From: Candidatus Micrarchaeota archaeon
GTDB taxonomy: Archaea; Micrarchaeota; Micrarchaeia; Anstonellales; Bilamarchaeaceae
Direction: 5' to 3'
DNA length: 50,049 nt
Assembly: GCA_037447235.1 (NCBI GenBank)
Contig: JBBIHC010000005.1
Location: forward strand, 10,455-60,503
This document shows, piece by piece, positions 19,216 through 28,335 of the stretch. The notes beneath the pieces were generated by a model. That model was not told where the DNA came from. It worked only from the letters and a program-made list of their open reading frames with translations, and did no database searches. The stretch's first letter is position 1. Every line of letters starts with the position of its first letter. The position numbers were made by a program, and so were the translations under genes.

Positions 19216-19367
19216 AGTATTTTTTCATTTTTATTTTTTTGATCTTTTTTGCTTTCTTCATTTAGGGCTGCCCATATCCAGAAGAAAAAAATACTCCAAA
19301 CACGCCCCTGCCGGTGAATTTATCGGATAACCGGGCCGGCAGTTTGCTTGGATGACGGCAGGCGTAC

Positions 19368-19808
19368 TTAAGCTTTTTCTATGCTGATTTTCGGGCTGCC
19401 GCCATCGTAATTGTTTGTTATCCTGAATCTCGTCCAACCATATGCGGGTTCCCGTACAAGCACGGCATCGGCAGTAACAGGGTGTCTTATTATCCCCGCG
19501 AAATCCTTTTCGCCCTGCTGCGTAATTGCCTTAAGAACTATCTCTGCTCCATTGCCCACATTCTTAACCGAGAGCGTTTTTGTTCCTCTTGGAACGTATA
19601 CCTCAGTGTATATCTGGGTGCCGCCGCTCAGGCTGCCTACAGAATTGGCAAGATATGCCAGGCGAAATACGACAAATTCAGCCTGATAGGATGCCATCTC
19701 CCGCTGCGTCTCGTCCGCCTTCGTATAAACCATGACCAAAAGCGGGATGAATATTACCAGTATTACCCCGATTATTACCATTAGTTCGGTGCTTACCTGA
19801 CCCTTCAT
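19368..19808 (-). CDS. Type IV pilin-like protein (class III signal)
   Basis: MKG|QVSTELMVIIGVILVIF; start overlaps stop of the CBS gene. Confidence 0.8.
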   Translation of the reverse strand: MKGQVSTELMVIIGVILVIFIPLLVMVYTKADETQREMASYQAEFVVFRLAYLANSVGSLSGGTQIYTEVYVPRGTKTLSVKNVGNGAEIVLKAITQQGEKDFAGIIRHPVTADAVLVREPAYGWTRFRITNNYDGGSPKISIEKA

Positions 19809-20911
19809 TCCATCATTCCCCGGCCCGCCAGCACCTTGCGGCTTTTTTCTATGCTCTTCTTCCTTCCAAGAACCTTCTTAAGCTCGGCGCTGGCTATGTT
19901 GACCGCATCCTCAAGCGTCGGGCCGTCCGCTGCCATAACGAATCTTTCCTTTCCGCTCACCGTCAATTTCACGGAATAGAATGATTTTGTCGGTTTTATG
20001 TGCAGGCTTATCTTGGTTATCCCGTAGCTTTCGCGGAATTTTTCTGCCACTTTTCCTATCGCGTCTTTTATTTCGTTGTACAATCCCCTTGTCTCCTCGT
20101 CAAGGCCGCTTATTTCTATGTCAAGCTGCTCTTCGCTTTTTCCCTTTATCCACTTGAATATGTCCACCGCTGAAAGAACGCCGGCAGGCTTCCCGTCTTT
20201 TTTTGACAGCACGATAACGTGCGATACGTTCTTTTCAACCATCAGCTGGGCGGCCTGCTTGATACTGCTCCCCTCATCTACTATCGTTATGTCGGGCCGG
20301 TAAAATCTTGAAATCTCCTCGTCGTCAATAGACCTTGTGGCAACCACGCCGCGCTTCATGTATGTAGGCTCGGTCGGCTTCATGGCAAAGCCGGCAAAAT
20401 CAAGGCTTGAGAAAACGCCCGCCGGCTTCCCGTTCTTCGTTACAACCAGTTTTTTGGTGTCATACTCTTTCATTTTTCTTTTTGCTTCGCTTATCTTGCT
20501 CCTTTCTTCTATCGTGTAGACCGGGCTGCTCATGATGTCGGTTATGTTTATTTCCGGCACGGCGTTAAGCGAAATAAGCTCTTTCAGCACTTCCACCCGT
20601 GTTATTATGCCAAGCGGTTTTTTGTTTTTGTCAACCACAGGCAATGCCTTGAATCTGCCAAGCAAAAACGCCTCTGTTCTTTCAAGCAACCCGCCGTCAG
20701 GCGAAATTACAGGCGGTTTGACAATTGCTGTTTCGCATTTTACCTTTGAAGGATTGTCCCCAGCTATTCTGAGATTCCGGTCGTCTATTATGCCGATGTA
20801 CTTTCCTTTCTTTGCGATTATGACCGCGGTATTGCCATCAAGGACGCTTCCAAGCGCCTTTGAAAGAGGCTCATCCCCATCAAGAATAACTGCCGGTTTT
20901 ATCTCCATCAC
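19805..20911 (-). CDS. Four-CBS-domain protein with C-terminal HPF/RaiA-like domain (Hib-type ribosome hibernation factor candidate)
   Basis: CBS motifs (ALPVVD..KPLGIIT, IMSSPVYTI, VSHVIV..GVLSAVDI); last ~105 aa beta-alpha-beta-beta-beta-alpha pattern with basic tail. Confidence 0.75.
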   Translation of the reverse strand: MMEIKPAVILDGDEPLSKALGSVLDGNTAVIIAKKGKYIGIIDDRNLRIAGDNPSKVKCETAIVKPPVISPDGGLLERTEAFLLGRFKALPVVDKNKKPLGIITRVEVLKELISLNAVPEINITDIMSSPVYTIEERSKISEAKRKMKEYDTKKLVVTKNGKPAGVFSSLDFAGFAMKPTEPTYMKRGVVATRSIDDEEISRFYRPDITIVDEGSSIKQAAQLMVEKNVSHVIVLSKKDGKPAGVLSAVDIFKWIKGKSEEQLDIEISGLDEETRGLYNEIKDAIGKVAEKFRESYGITKISLHIKPTKSFYSVKLTVSGKERFVMAADGPTLEDAVNIASAELKKVLGRKKSIEKSRKVLAGRGMME

Positions 20912-20969
20912 ATCACCTGTCTTTTAATCGGCCACAAGATATATAAAGAAGTTAGATTATTAAATAAAT

Positions 20970-21713
20970 ATGGCACCCGCCCTGACGGCAGACATCTCTT
21001 ACCTTGAGCGAATGGTAGTCAAGCCGACCTGGAAAGAAATACTGCTTGACCTCATAGCGCAGAACAGGATAGACCCCTGGGACGTTGATATCGCAAAACT
21101 TGCCGATGAGTTTCTGCTCCGCGTTAAGGAGATGCGCAATCTGGACCTTGGCCTGCAGGCGAATGTCATTCTTGCCGCGGCAATTCTGCTGCGCTACAAG
21201 AGCATATATCTGAAATATTTCACCTCTGTCCCGGTTGTGGAGGACGCCGGGCAGCCTCTTGCCCCAGAACCTCTGCCGCTGCTGGATGCGGAGCTCGCGC
21301 TGGTTTCAAGGATCCCGCCCAAGCGCCAGATAACGATGGATGAGCTTATAGCTGAGATGGAGCGGGTGATAAAATACGAGTCCGGGGAAATCAAACGCGC
21401 CCCGAAAGGAGCCATCACAGAAACCCTGGACCTTGTGCTTGTCGGCGAGGACATAGAAAAGATAAAGGAGCAGGTGCTGTCCCGCATAAGGGAAAATACC
21501 GATGAAACCGGTTTTGCCGCTTTCTCATCCATTCTTAGGGAAAACACGCGCTGGGAGATTGTCTATTCGCTCCTTTCAGTGCTTCATCTCGCCAAGGACG
21601 GGGCGGTATCGGTTCACCAGGACAAGCTGTTTGGCGAAATTTTGATTTCCATAATTGAAAACAAGGAGAGCGGGCAGGGCAGGGAGAGAATGAAAATACC
21701 GGCTGGCACCTAA
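20970..21713 (+). CDS. scpA: Segregation and condensation protein A (kleisin)
   Basis: LLDLI..IDPWDVDIAKLADEFL, AAILLRYKS, ITMDELI, LSVLHLAKDG..HQDKLFGEI. Confidence 0.93.
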   Translation: MAPALTADISYLERMVVKPTWKEILLDLIAQNRIDPWDVDIAKLADEFLLRVKEMRNLDLGLQANVILAAAILLRYKSIYLKYFTSVPVVEDAGQPLAPEPLPLLDAELALVSRIPPKRQITMDELIAEMERVIKYESGEIKRAPKGAITETLDLVLVGEDIEKIKEQVLSRIRENTDETGFAAFSSILRENTRWEIVYSLLSVLHLAKDGAVSVHQDKLFGEILISIIENKESGQGRERMKIPAGT

Positions 21714-21829
21714 TCAGGAAATTCGTGAAAGCCGCTATTCGTTAAAACCAGTTTTTTAAGCCAAAAAATAAAAAATACGGTTAGCCTTTCAATAACCCGC
21801 CGGGTTGACAGGCTGACACGTATAAGGGG

Positions 21830-22210
21830 CTAGCTGATTAAAGTTCCGGACGCCGGCTTCTTTTTTGATTTTACGATTTTGACATTTGCCGGCGTGAGTA
21901 TTATAAGCCCGGTTTCCTTTGATATGAGCGAAATGTCGCCATTCTGCTTCATGGCATTGCTCTTGAGCCTTGCGATTATCCCCTTCAGCCTGTTCGGCTG
22001 TTTTGAGAGCGGCATTACATTCAGTATTATGATGTTCTTCTCGGCAAGCTCTTTCATCACGAGGTCGCCGTCGCCTTCGTTTCTCAGGTCGATTCTTTTG
22101 ACATAGAAGTCGGCCGGAGGGTTCACCACGTCGCCGTGTTCGCCCATTAGTTCCTCCAGATTCGGCGTTTCGCTTTTCTCTTTCCCAAAAATTTTGTCAA
22201 ATAGACCCAT
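21830..22210 (-). CDS. sepF: Cell division protein SepF
   Basis: N-terminal amphipathic MGLFDKIFG; NIIILNV, GDI..IILTPANVKI. Confidence 0.88.
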   Translation of the reverse strand: MGLFDKIFGKEKSETPNLEELMGEHGDVVNPPADFYVKRIDLRNEGDGDLVMKELAEKNIIILNVMPLSKQPNRLKGIIARLKSNAMKQNGDISLISKETGLIILTPANVKIVKSKKKPASGTLIS

Positions 22211-22288
22211 TCAGTCTCACCTTTTGTGCATGTTTTTCACTCCATATTTAACATAATAGCTTTTAAATCATTGCCTTCCGCGCCAAAC

Positions 22289-22975
22289 TCAGAAAACCTT
22301 CTCGCCGACATAGACTTTTATGCCGGACGGGGTGACCTTGAACGGCACAAGCTCGCGCGAATGGTCTGTCCCCCTCATCTTGAATATCTCCAGCGCCCTT
22401 ATCCTCCTGTCTTCCCTATCAAGGTTGTAGAGGTTTATTATGCCATCCATCACGAAATGCTCGATGTCAAACCTCATCTCGGCCTTCATCGCGGAAGTTG
22501 CTTCAAGCGTCGTTATGCTCGTGCAGTCCAGGTTTCTGAGAAGCGACAGGAATTCAAACAGCGTCTGCCTGTATTCCAGTTCGGTGCCGAACGACATCCT
22601 TATCATTGTAGCCGAGTCTATCACCGCCCTTTTTACGTCGTTGCTAGTTATCCTGTCTTCGATTATGCCGGCAATCTCCTCCATCTCAAATTTTTCCGGT
22701 TTTACGATTTCAAGTTTTTTCTCCTTCACGAATTTCTCGGTGTTTTTGAGCATGGGGAACGTGTTCCTCATGTTTTCTATTATGTCCTCCTCGGTTTCCT
22801 CAAGGGTTATGTAGACGCCGTTCTCGTCCTCTTCAGCCCCACGGTAAAGGTATTCGAAGCAGAATGATGTTTTGCCGCAGCCAGGGCCGCCATAAATCGC
22901 CACGTGCCTTCGTTTTGGGATTCCCCCATTCAGCATTTCATCCAAGCCAGATATTCCGGTTTTTATCCTTTCCAT
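22289..22975 (-). CDS. Single-domain KaiC/RAD55-family ATPase
   Basis: RIKTGISGLDEMLNGGIP, GGPGCGKT, YITLEE, VIDS, DGII.L, LEIFKMRGT.HS; start at ATG 22975. Confidence 0.93.
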   Translation of the reverse strand: MERIKTGISGLDEMLNGGIPKRRHVAIYGGPGCGKTSFCFEYLYRGAEEDENGVYITLEETEEDIIENMRNTFPMLKNTEKFVKEKKLEIVKPEKFEMEEIAGIIEDRITSNDVKRAVIDSATMIRMSFGTELEYRQTLFEFLSLLRNLDCTSITTLEATSAMKAEMRFDIEHFVMDGIINLYNLDREDRRIRALEIFKMRGTDHSRELVPFKVTPSGIKVYVGEKVF

Positions 22976-23036
22976 AAAACCACTTTTAATTTTTTCTTCC
23001 GCAATCAATTTAATTATATACGTTTTAATCAGCATC

Positions 23037-23564
23037 ATGAAACCGGGCGTTTCGAAAGCTGGTTTAAAAGGCCAATCCATGGTTGAGTACTTCACAACCT
23101 ACGGCTGGGCGATATTCGTTCTTGCAGTAATTCTCAGCATCCTCCTTTACGGCGGTTTTTTCCGGCCGGACTTTTTCATAAGCGAAAAATGCGAAATCGG
23201 CTCAAACATGCCCTGCAAGGCGGCCGTCTACAACGATGGGCAAAGCGACCGGACGAAGATAAGCGTGGAAGTGTTGAACGCCTTTTCGTATGCGGTGGAA
23301 ATAACTTCGTTTGAAGTGACGGCGGCGGACGGGGCCGCATTTGTTTTTTCAAATGAGAACCTTCCGAAAAAAATTGAAAGCGGCGACAGGCTTGCGCTTG
23401 GCGGAGCCCTCCCCCGCGACAAAAAATTTGACGACAATGCGCTGAAGCAGCTTACCGTTCGTCTTGGTTATCGCTCTTGCGCACCAGAGCTTGGCCAGAA
23501 CTGCGAAGGCGACGAGCACACAATGACAGGGAGAATAATAGCAAAGGTCGTGCCTTCGGATTAG
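23037..23564 (+). CDS. Type IV pilin-like protein (class III signal, EY.TTYGWA type)
   Basis: LKG|QSMVEYFTTYGWAIFVLAVILSILLY; two Cys pairs. Confidence 0.82.
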   Translation: MKPGVSKAGLKGQSMVEYFTTYGWAIFVLAVILSILLYGGFFRPDFFISEKCEIGSNMPCKAAVYNDGQSDRTKISVEVLNAFSYAVEITSFEVTAADGAAFVFSNENLPKKIESGDRLALGGALPRDKKFDDNALKQLTVRLGYRSCAPELGQNCEGDEHTMTGRIIAKVVPSD

Positions 23565-23568
23565 AAAC

Positions 23569-25943
23569 CTAAAGCAGCGACACTGAAATCTTGTCTGCAG
23601 CCCTGAATTCAACTTCTTTTATCTTCGCTATCTTTTTTATCTCTTCAAGCAGGCCTGTTTTCACGAGCAAATCAATTTCTTCATCCTTTCCGCTTATTAT
23701 CGCTTTTTCGATTTCTGCGTTCTGCGCCAGCCGTGCCGCGGCTTTTTGCTGCCTTACCTGTTTTATTATCTCCCTCACCGTTTCAACCGCCTCCACCCCT
23801 TCGGCTTCGCCAACCGGAATTTCCCCTGGCCACGCTGCTTTGTGCACGCTCCCTTCGCCTTTGAGCACCTCGTGATAGACCTCTTCGGTTATGTGCGGCG
23901 CAATCGGGGCGAGCAAAAGGATGACGGCCTCAAGCACAGCGTGCAGGGCATATCCCGCGCCGTTTTTTTCATCGCAGTCCGGCCCGTATATCCTGTGCTT
24001 CACATACTCCAGATAGTCGTCGCAGAAATCGTGCCAGAAAAAATCGTGCAGCGCGTATATCGCTTTTTGGTAGTCGTAGTTCTCAAATGCTTCCGAGCAG
24101 GAGTTTATGAGCGCGTTGCACCTTTTCAATATCCACCTGTCTATGTGCGTCGCATTCTTGGAGTGTCTTTCAAGCTTTTTGTAGCCGCTTAGGCTGGTTT
24201 CTATGAATCTGGCGGCATTCCAAAGCTTGGTCAGGAAGGATTTTGAAAATTTCAAATCTTCGTAACTGAATGGCCTGTCCTTTGCCATCGCGCCGCTCAT
24301 CGCTGCCCATTGCCTTATTGCATCAGCCGGATAAGTTTTGAGAAGCTCGCCGGGCGATATGACATTGCCGAGGCTCTTGCTCATCTTTTTGCCATCGGGT
24401 GCAAGCACATTTCCGTTGAGCAGTATCTCCTTCCAAGGCGGGATGCCAGTGACCGCAACGCCGCTCCTTAAAATCGTTTACAACGCCCAGGTGCGGACTA
24501 TCTCAACCCCCTGCGGCCTTAACGACGACGTATAGAGCCGTTCATCCTCTTTTCGTCAGGCCAGCCTGAGATTATCAGGGGGGTTATGCTTGAATCCACC
24601 CAGCAGTCGCAGGTGCTTGTTTCCGGCTTCATCTGCCCCTTGCACGACGGGCATTTCCTTGGCCCTGCCTTTTCAGGGTAAAACGGCAATTCCTGCTCAT
24701 CGGCTGCTGCGGTGGCGTGGCAGTTTTCGCAGTAATAGAAAGGCAGCGGCGTGCCGAATATTCGTTGCCTTGATATTACCCAGTCCCATTCAGCGCCTTC
24801 CACCCAGTCTATGAGATAGCTTATGCCGAATGCGGGTATCCACCTTATCTGATGCGCCATATCCTTTATCCTTTTGGCAGTGGTCCTTATGTCTGCAAAC
24901 CACTGATAAGATGCAAGCAGTTCTACCGGAGTTCCGCACCTGTCGTGCACTTTTACCGTTTGCCGGAGCTGCTCTTTCCTGACAATTTTTCCTTCAGCCT
25001 CAAACTTTTCAACAATTTTCTTCTTTGCCTCGTCCACCTTTAAGCCATCCAGTTCTCCGGCGTTTATCATCCTGCCGTGGCTGTCCATTGCTTCTATAAG
25101 CGGAAGCTTGTACCTGTGCATCCAGACAACATCCATCTTGTCGCCAAATGTGCACAGCATAACGAGGCCGGTTCCGAATTCCCTGTCAACATCCTTGTCC
25201 GGTATCGCAATGACCTCTTTTCCAAGCGGCGTGGTTATGCTCCTGCCGTCAAGATGCGCGTATCTGTTGTCTTCCGGGTTAAACATGACCGCGACGCAGG
25301 CGTGCAGCAGCTCCGGCCTGGTTGTTGCTATTATAAGATCCTCCCCCTCCGGGCCGGTGAATTTTATGTGATAAAGCATCCCGCTTTTCTCAACATCGTC
25401 AAGTTCAGCCTTTGCTATCGCGGAGCCGCATTTGGTGCACCAGAAAACAGGGTATCTGGAGCGGTAAACCAGTTTGTCATTGTACATTTTTATCAGGGAC
25501 AGCTGGACTTTCTTGTGATAGTCCGGGTCCATTGTCCTGTATTCATATCTCCAGTCAGCGCTGAAGCCAAGCTCGTTCATCTGCTGTTTCATCCTTGCTA
25601 TGAATTCCCTTGTCCACTCTTCGCATTTCTGCCTGAATGCCGGCGGCTGAAGCCTGCCGTATTTTTTCTCCACTTTGACTTCGGTCGGGAATCCCTGGGT
25701 GTCCCAGCCCTGCGGGTAGTAGACATTGAATCCGCGCATCCTCCTATATCTCGCGGCAAAGTCAAAATAGCTGTATGATAAAACATGGCCCATATGGAGC
25801 TCGCCGCTTGTAAAAGGCGGCGGCGTGTCTATGCTGAAGACGGGCTTCACGCTGTCGTTTTCGTCAAAGTTGCAAGTCCCTTCCTTTGCCCAGATTTCCT
25901 GCCATTTCCGCTCTATTTCCTTGTCATAATTTTTTTGCAGCAT
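23569..25943 (-). CDS. valS: Valine-tRNA ligase, interrupted in this sequence by a frameshift (~24541) and an in-frame TAA (24478-24480)
   Basis: DTPPPFTSGELHMGH, IATTRPELL, DWVISRQR, alternate frame LRPQGVEIVRTWAL*TILRS continuing into KMSKSLGN and the anticodon-binding domain. Confidence 0.93.
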
Positions 25944-26000
25944 AAGAATCCAAATGAAATTATTTATAAGAATTTAAAAATCGTGCACTCAAATGAAATT

Positions 26001-26657
26001 ATGGCAGGTTGCAGGAGGGTTTTTTCGCTATACCGGAAACTGCTCGGAGCTTATGGCCGGCAGGGATGGTGGCCAGTCATACGTAGAGGGGAGACGCGCT
26101 ATCATCCCGGGGATTACTCGGTGCCCGCAAACGAAGATGAGCGGTTTCAGATAGCAATAGGCGCAATTCTTGCCCAGAACACGAGCTGGAAGAACGCGGA
26201 AAAAGCGCTTCTTTCGCTTTATTGCGCCGGCGCACTCTGCCCGGATGCGCTTGCAAAAACGCCGGAAGGGGATGTGGCAAAACTGATAAGGAGTTCCGGC
26301 TACTACAACCAGAAAGCAGGAAGGATAAAAGACTTCCTTCCGGTTTATTCTTTGCTGCCCGAATGCCGGAGCGCTGAAGAAATGCGGGAAATTCTTCTTG
26401 GCGTGAAAGGCATCGGGCCGGAAACCGCGGATTCCATTTTGCTGTACGCTTTCAAGAAGCCATTCTTCGTTGTTGATGCGTATACAAGGAGATTCTGCAG
26501 CCGAAATCGCCTCTGCGACAGTTGCGGCAATTGGGATTATGAAAAATACCGTCGTTTCTTTGAAAAAAACCTTCCGAGGGACCGCAGGATTTACAACGAG
26601 TATCACGCACTCATAGTTGCGTGGGGGAAAAGCAGCGCGAAGCGGCAACGCAGATAA
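26001..26657 (+). CDS. Endonuclease III-related HhH-GPD protein
   Basis: YG.QGWWP, IGAILAQNTSWKNAEKAL, IRSSGYYNQKA, VKGIGPETADSILLYAF, VVDAYTRR, EYHALIV. Confidence 0.92.
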   Translation: MAGCRRVFSLYRKLLGAYGRQGWWPVIRRGETRYHPGDYSVPANEDERFQIAIGAILAQNTSWKNAEKALLSLYCAGALCPDALAKTPEGDVAKLIRSSGYYNQKAGRIKDFLPVYSLLPECRSAEEMREILLGVKGIGPETADSILLYAFKKPFFVVDAYTRRFCSRNRLCDSCGNWDYEKYRRFFEKNLPRDRRIYNEYHALIVAWGKSSAKRQRR

Positions 26658-26695
26658 TCTTTTTATTCTTGGCTTCGTATTTTCCATTCGATACT

Positions 26696-27088
26696 ATGCT
26701 TGTTGCTTACATAGACGGCGCGTGCTTTGGCAATCCGGGCCCCATGGGAATCGGCATCGTGCTGTACAAGGCCGGCAAAAAAATAAAGGAGATAAGCGAG
26801 CATTTCGGCAGGGGGACGAACAACATAGCAGAGTACTCCGCTTTCATCCGTGCGCTTGAAGAGGCAAAAAAACTTGGGGAGAAGGGCGTGCTCGTCCGCA
26901 CAGACAGCCAGCTGCTTGCAAACCAGATTAACGGCGTTTACAAGGTGAGGGACAAGAAGCTGAAGGAGCTTAAGGCAAGGGCAGACCTTATTATGGCCGG
27001 CTTAAATGTCAAGGTGGAGCACATCCCGAGGGAGAGGAATGCAGAGGCGGACGCTCTTTCAAAAAAAGGCGCGGAAAAATCAGCCTGA
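26696..27088 (+). CDS. rnhA: Ribonuclease HI
   Basis: YIDGACFGNPGP, TNNIAEY, TDSQL, HIPRERNAEADALS. Confidence 0.94.
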   Translation: MLVAYIDGACFGNPGPMGIGIVLYKAGKKIKEISEHFGRGTNNIAEYSAFIRALEEAKKLGEKGVLVRTDSQLLANQINGVYKVRDKKLKELKARADLIMAGLNVKVEHIPRERNAEADALSKKGAEKSA

Positions 27089-27091
27089 TGG

Positions 27092-28267
27092 ATGGTTAAG
27101 ATGAAAATATCTGAAATCCTTTCGCTTGGGCGTTATATGACATTCCAGGCGAGCAAGGAAAAGCCAATTCACCGCTGGTTTTATTATAAGGAAGGATACG
27201 CTCCGGAAATAGCCGAGTATGCCCTCGGGCAGGAGGGCATCCGTTCCGAGAGCGGGGGCGGGCGGCTTCTTGATCCTTTTTGCGGCGTTGGCACTTCGCT
27301 TCTGGCGGCAAAGGGCCTTGGCATCAGCAGCTTTGGCGTTGATGCGTCGGAACTTGCGGTTTTTGTTTCCCGGGCAAAATGCGCAAACTATTGCAAAGAA
27401 GACATAAGCGAAATAAATGATTTTCTGGCTTTGCTGCCGCGCCTGGCGCGCAGGGAAAGCAGCTTGAGATGGGAATTTGAGTTGTTTAGCCCGCGGGCGG
27501 CATTTCCAAAGAGAAACATCTCCGAGATATCAGCCATAAGGGAAGCGATAAGCGGATTCCGGTGCGGGCAAAAGGCAAGGAATCTCCTTACCCTGGCGCT
27601 TCTTTCAATCCTGCCGCAGGCAAGCGTCATCGTTAAGGACGGAGGCGTGCTCAGGATTGATCGCAGGAAAAGGGCGATGCCTGCGAAGGAGGCGTTCAGG
27701 AGAAAAGTGAAGCAGATGATTGTTGATATCGAAAAAACGCCGCAGGAGGGCCTTGAGGCGGCGGTTTCCCTTGGCGATGCTCGCAGCCTTGAGTTTGATT
27801 CCGGGGCATTTGACATCATAGTCACCTCCCCGCCTTACCTGAACAATGTGGATTATTCAAAGATATACGGGCTTGAGCTCACGCTCCTCACCCTTGACCG
27901 GGACACAACAAGAAAAGTGCGTGCCAGGCTTTTGCATTCGTTCATAAAAGAGGGCCATAAAGCGGATTATTCCCCGCCGGAGTGCGAGGGCATCGCCCAT
28001 AGGATTCCAATCGTCGGCGGCTATTTCGTCGATATGGAAAAGGCGGTAATGGAAATGAAAAGAGTGCTGAAGCCCGGCGCAGCCGCTTACATAGTGGTAT
28101 CAAATGCCGTAATATTCGAGGAGCACGTGCCTGTTGACAACATTCTAGCAGGGATAGGTGAGCGGCTTGGGATGGATGCCGAAATAATCATTGGCGCCTA
28201 TCGCATAGCGGATGTCAAGCCGGCTCGCGTGCAGACAAGGGAGAGCATAGTGGTGCTGAGAAAATAG
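27092..28267 (+). CDS. Solitary amino-DNA methyltransferase (motif I before SPPY; probably N4-cytosine)
   Basis: IHRWFYYKEGY, LDPFCGVGT, GDAR, IVTSPPYLN, RVLKPG. Confidence 0.85.
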   Translation: MVKMKISEILSLGRYMTFQASKEKPIHRWFYYKEGYAPEIAEYALGQEGIRSESGGGRLLDPFCGVGTSLLAAKGLGISSFGVDASELAVFVSRAKCANYCKEDISEINDFLALLPRLARRESSLRWEFELFSPRAAFPKRNISEISAIREAISGFRCGQKARNLLTLALLSILPQASVIVKDGGVLRIDRRKRAMPAKEAFRRKVKQMIVDIEKTPQEGLEAAVSLGDARSLEFDSGAFDIIVTSPPYLNNVDYSKIYGLELTLLTLDRDTTRKVRARLLHSFIKEGHKADYSPPECEGIAHRIPIVGGYFVDMEKAVMEMKRVLKPGAAAYIVVSNAVIFEEHVPVDNILAGIGERLGMDAEIIIGAYRIADVKPARVQTRESIVVLRK

Positions 28268-28335
28268 GCTTTTGCTGCTGGCGTTTAGGTTGCTTATTAA
28301 ACATTTCTTTTTTAAATCCAAAGCAGGTTGTTTTG

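Noticed and set aside
19064-19261. Lys-rich 65-aa minus-strand ORF
   Set aside because: Arises from the T-rich terminator tract of the DUF4870 gene and overlaps it antisense
24478-24480. Stop-codon reassignment (TAA read as Tyr)
   Set aside because: TAA, TAG and TGA all terminate conserved genes elsewhere in the window, and the site is accompanied by a frameshift
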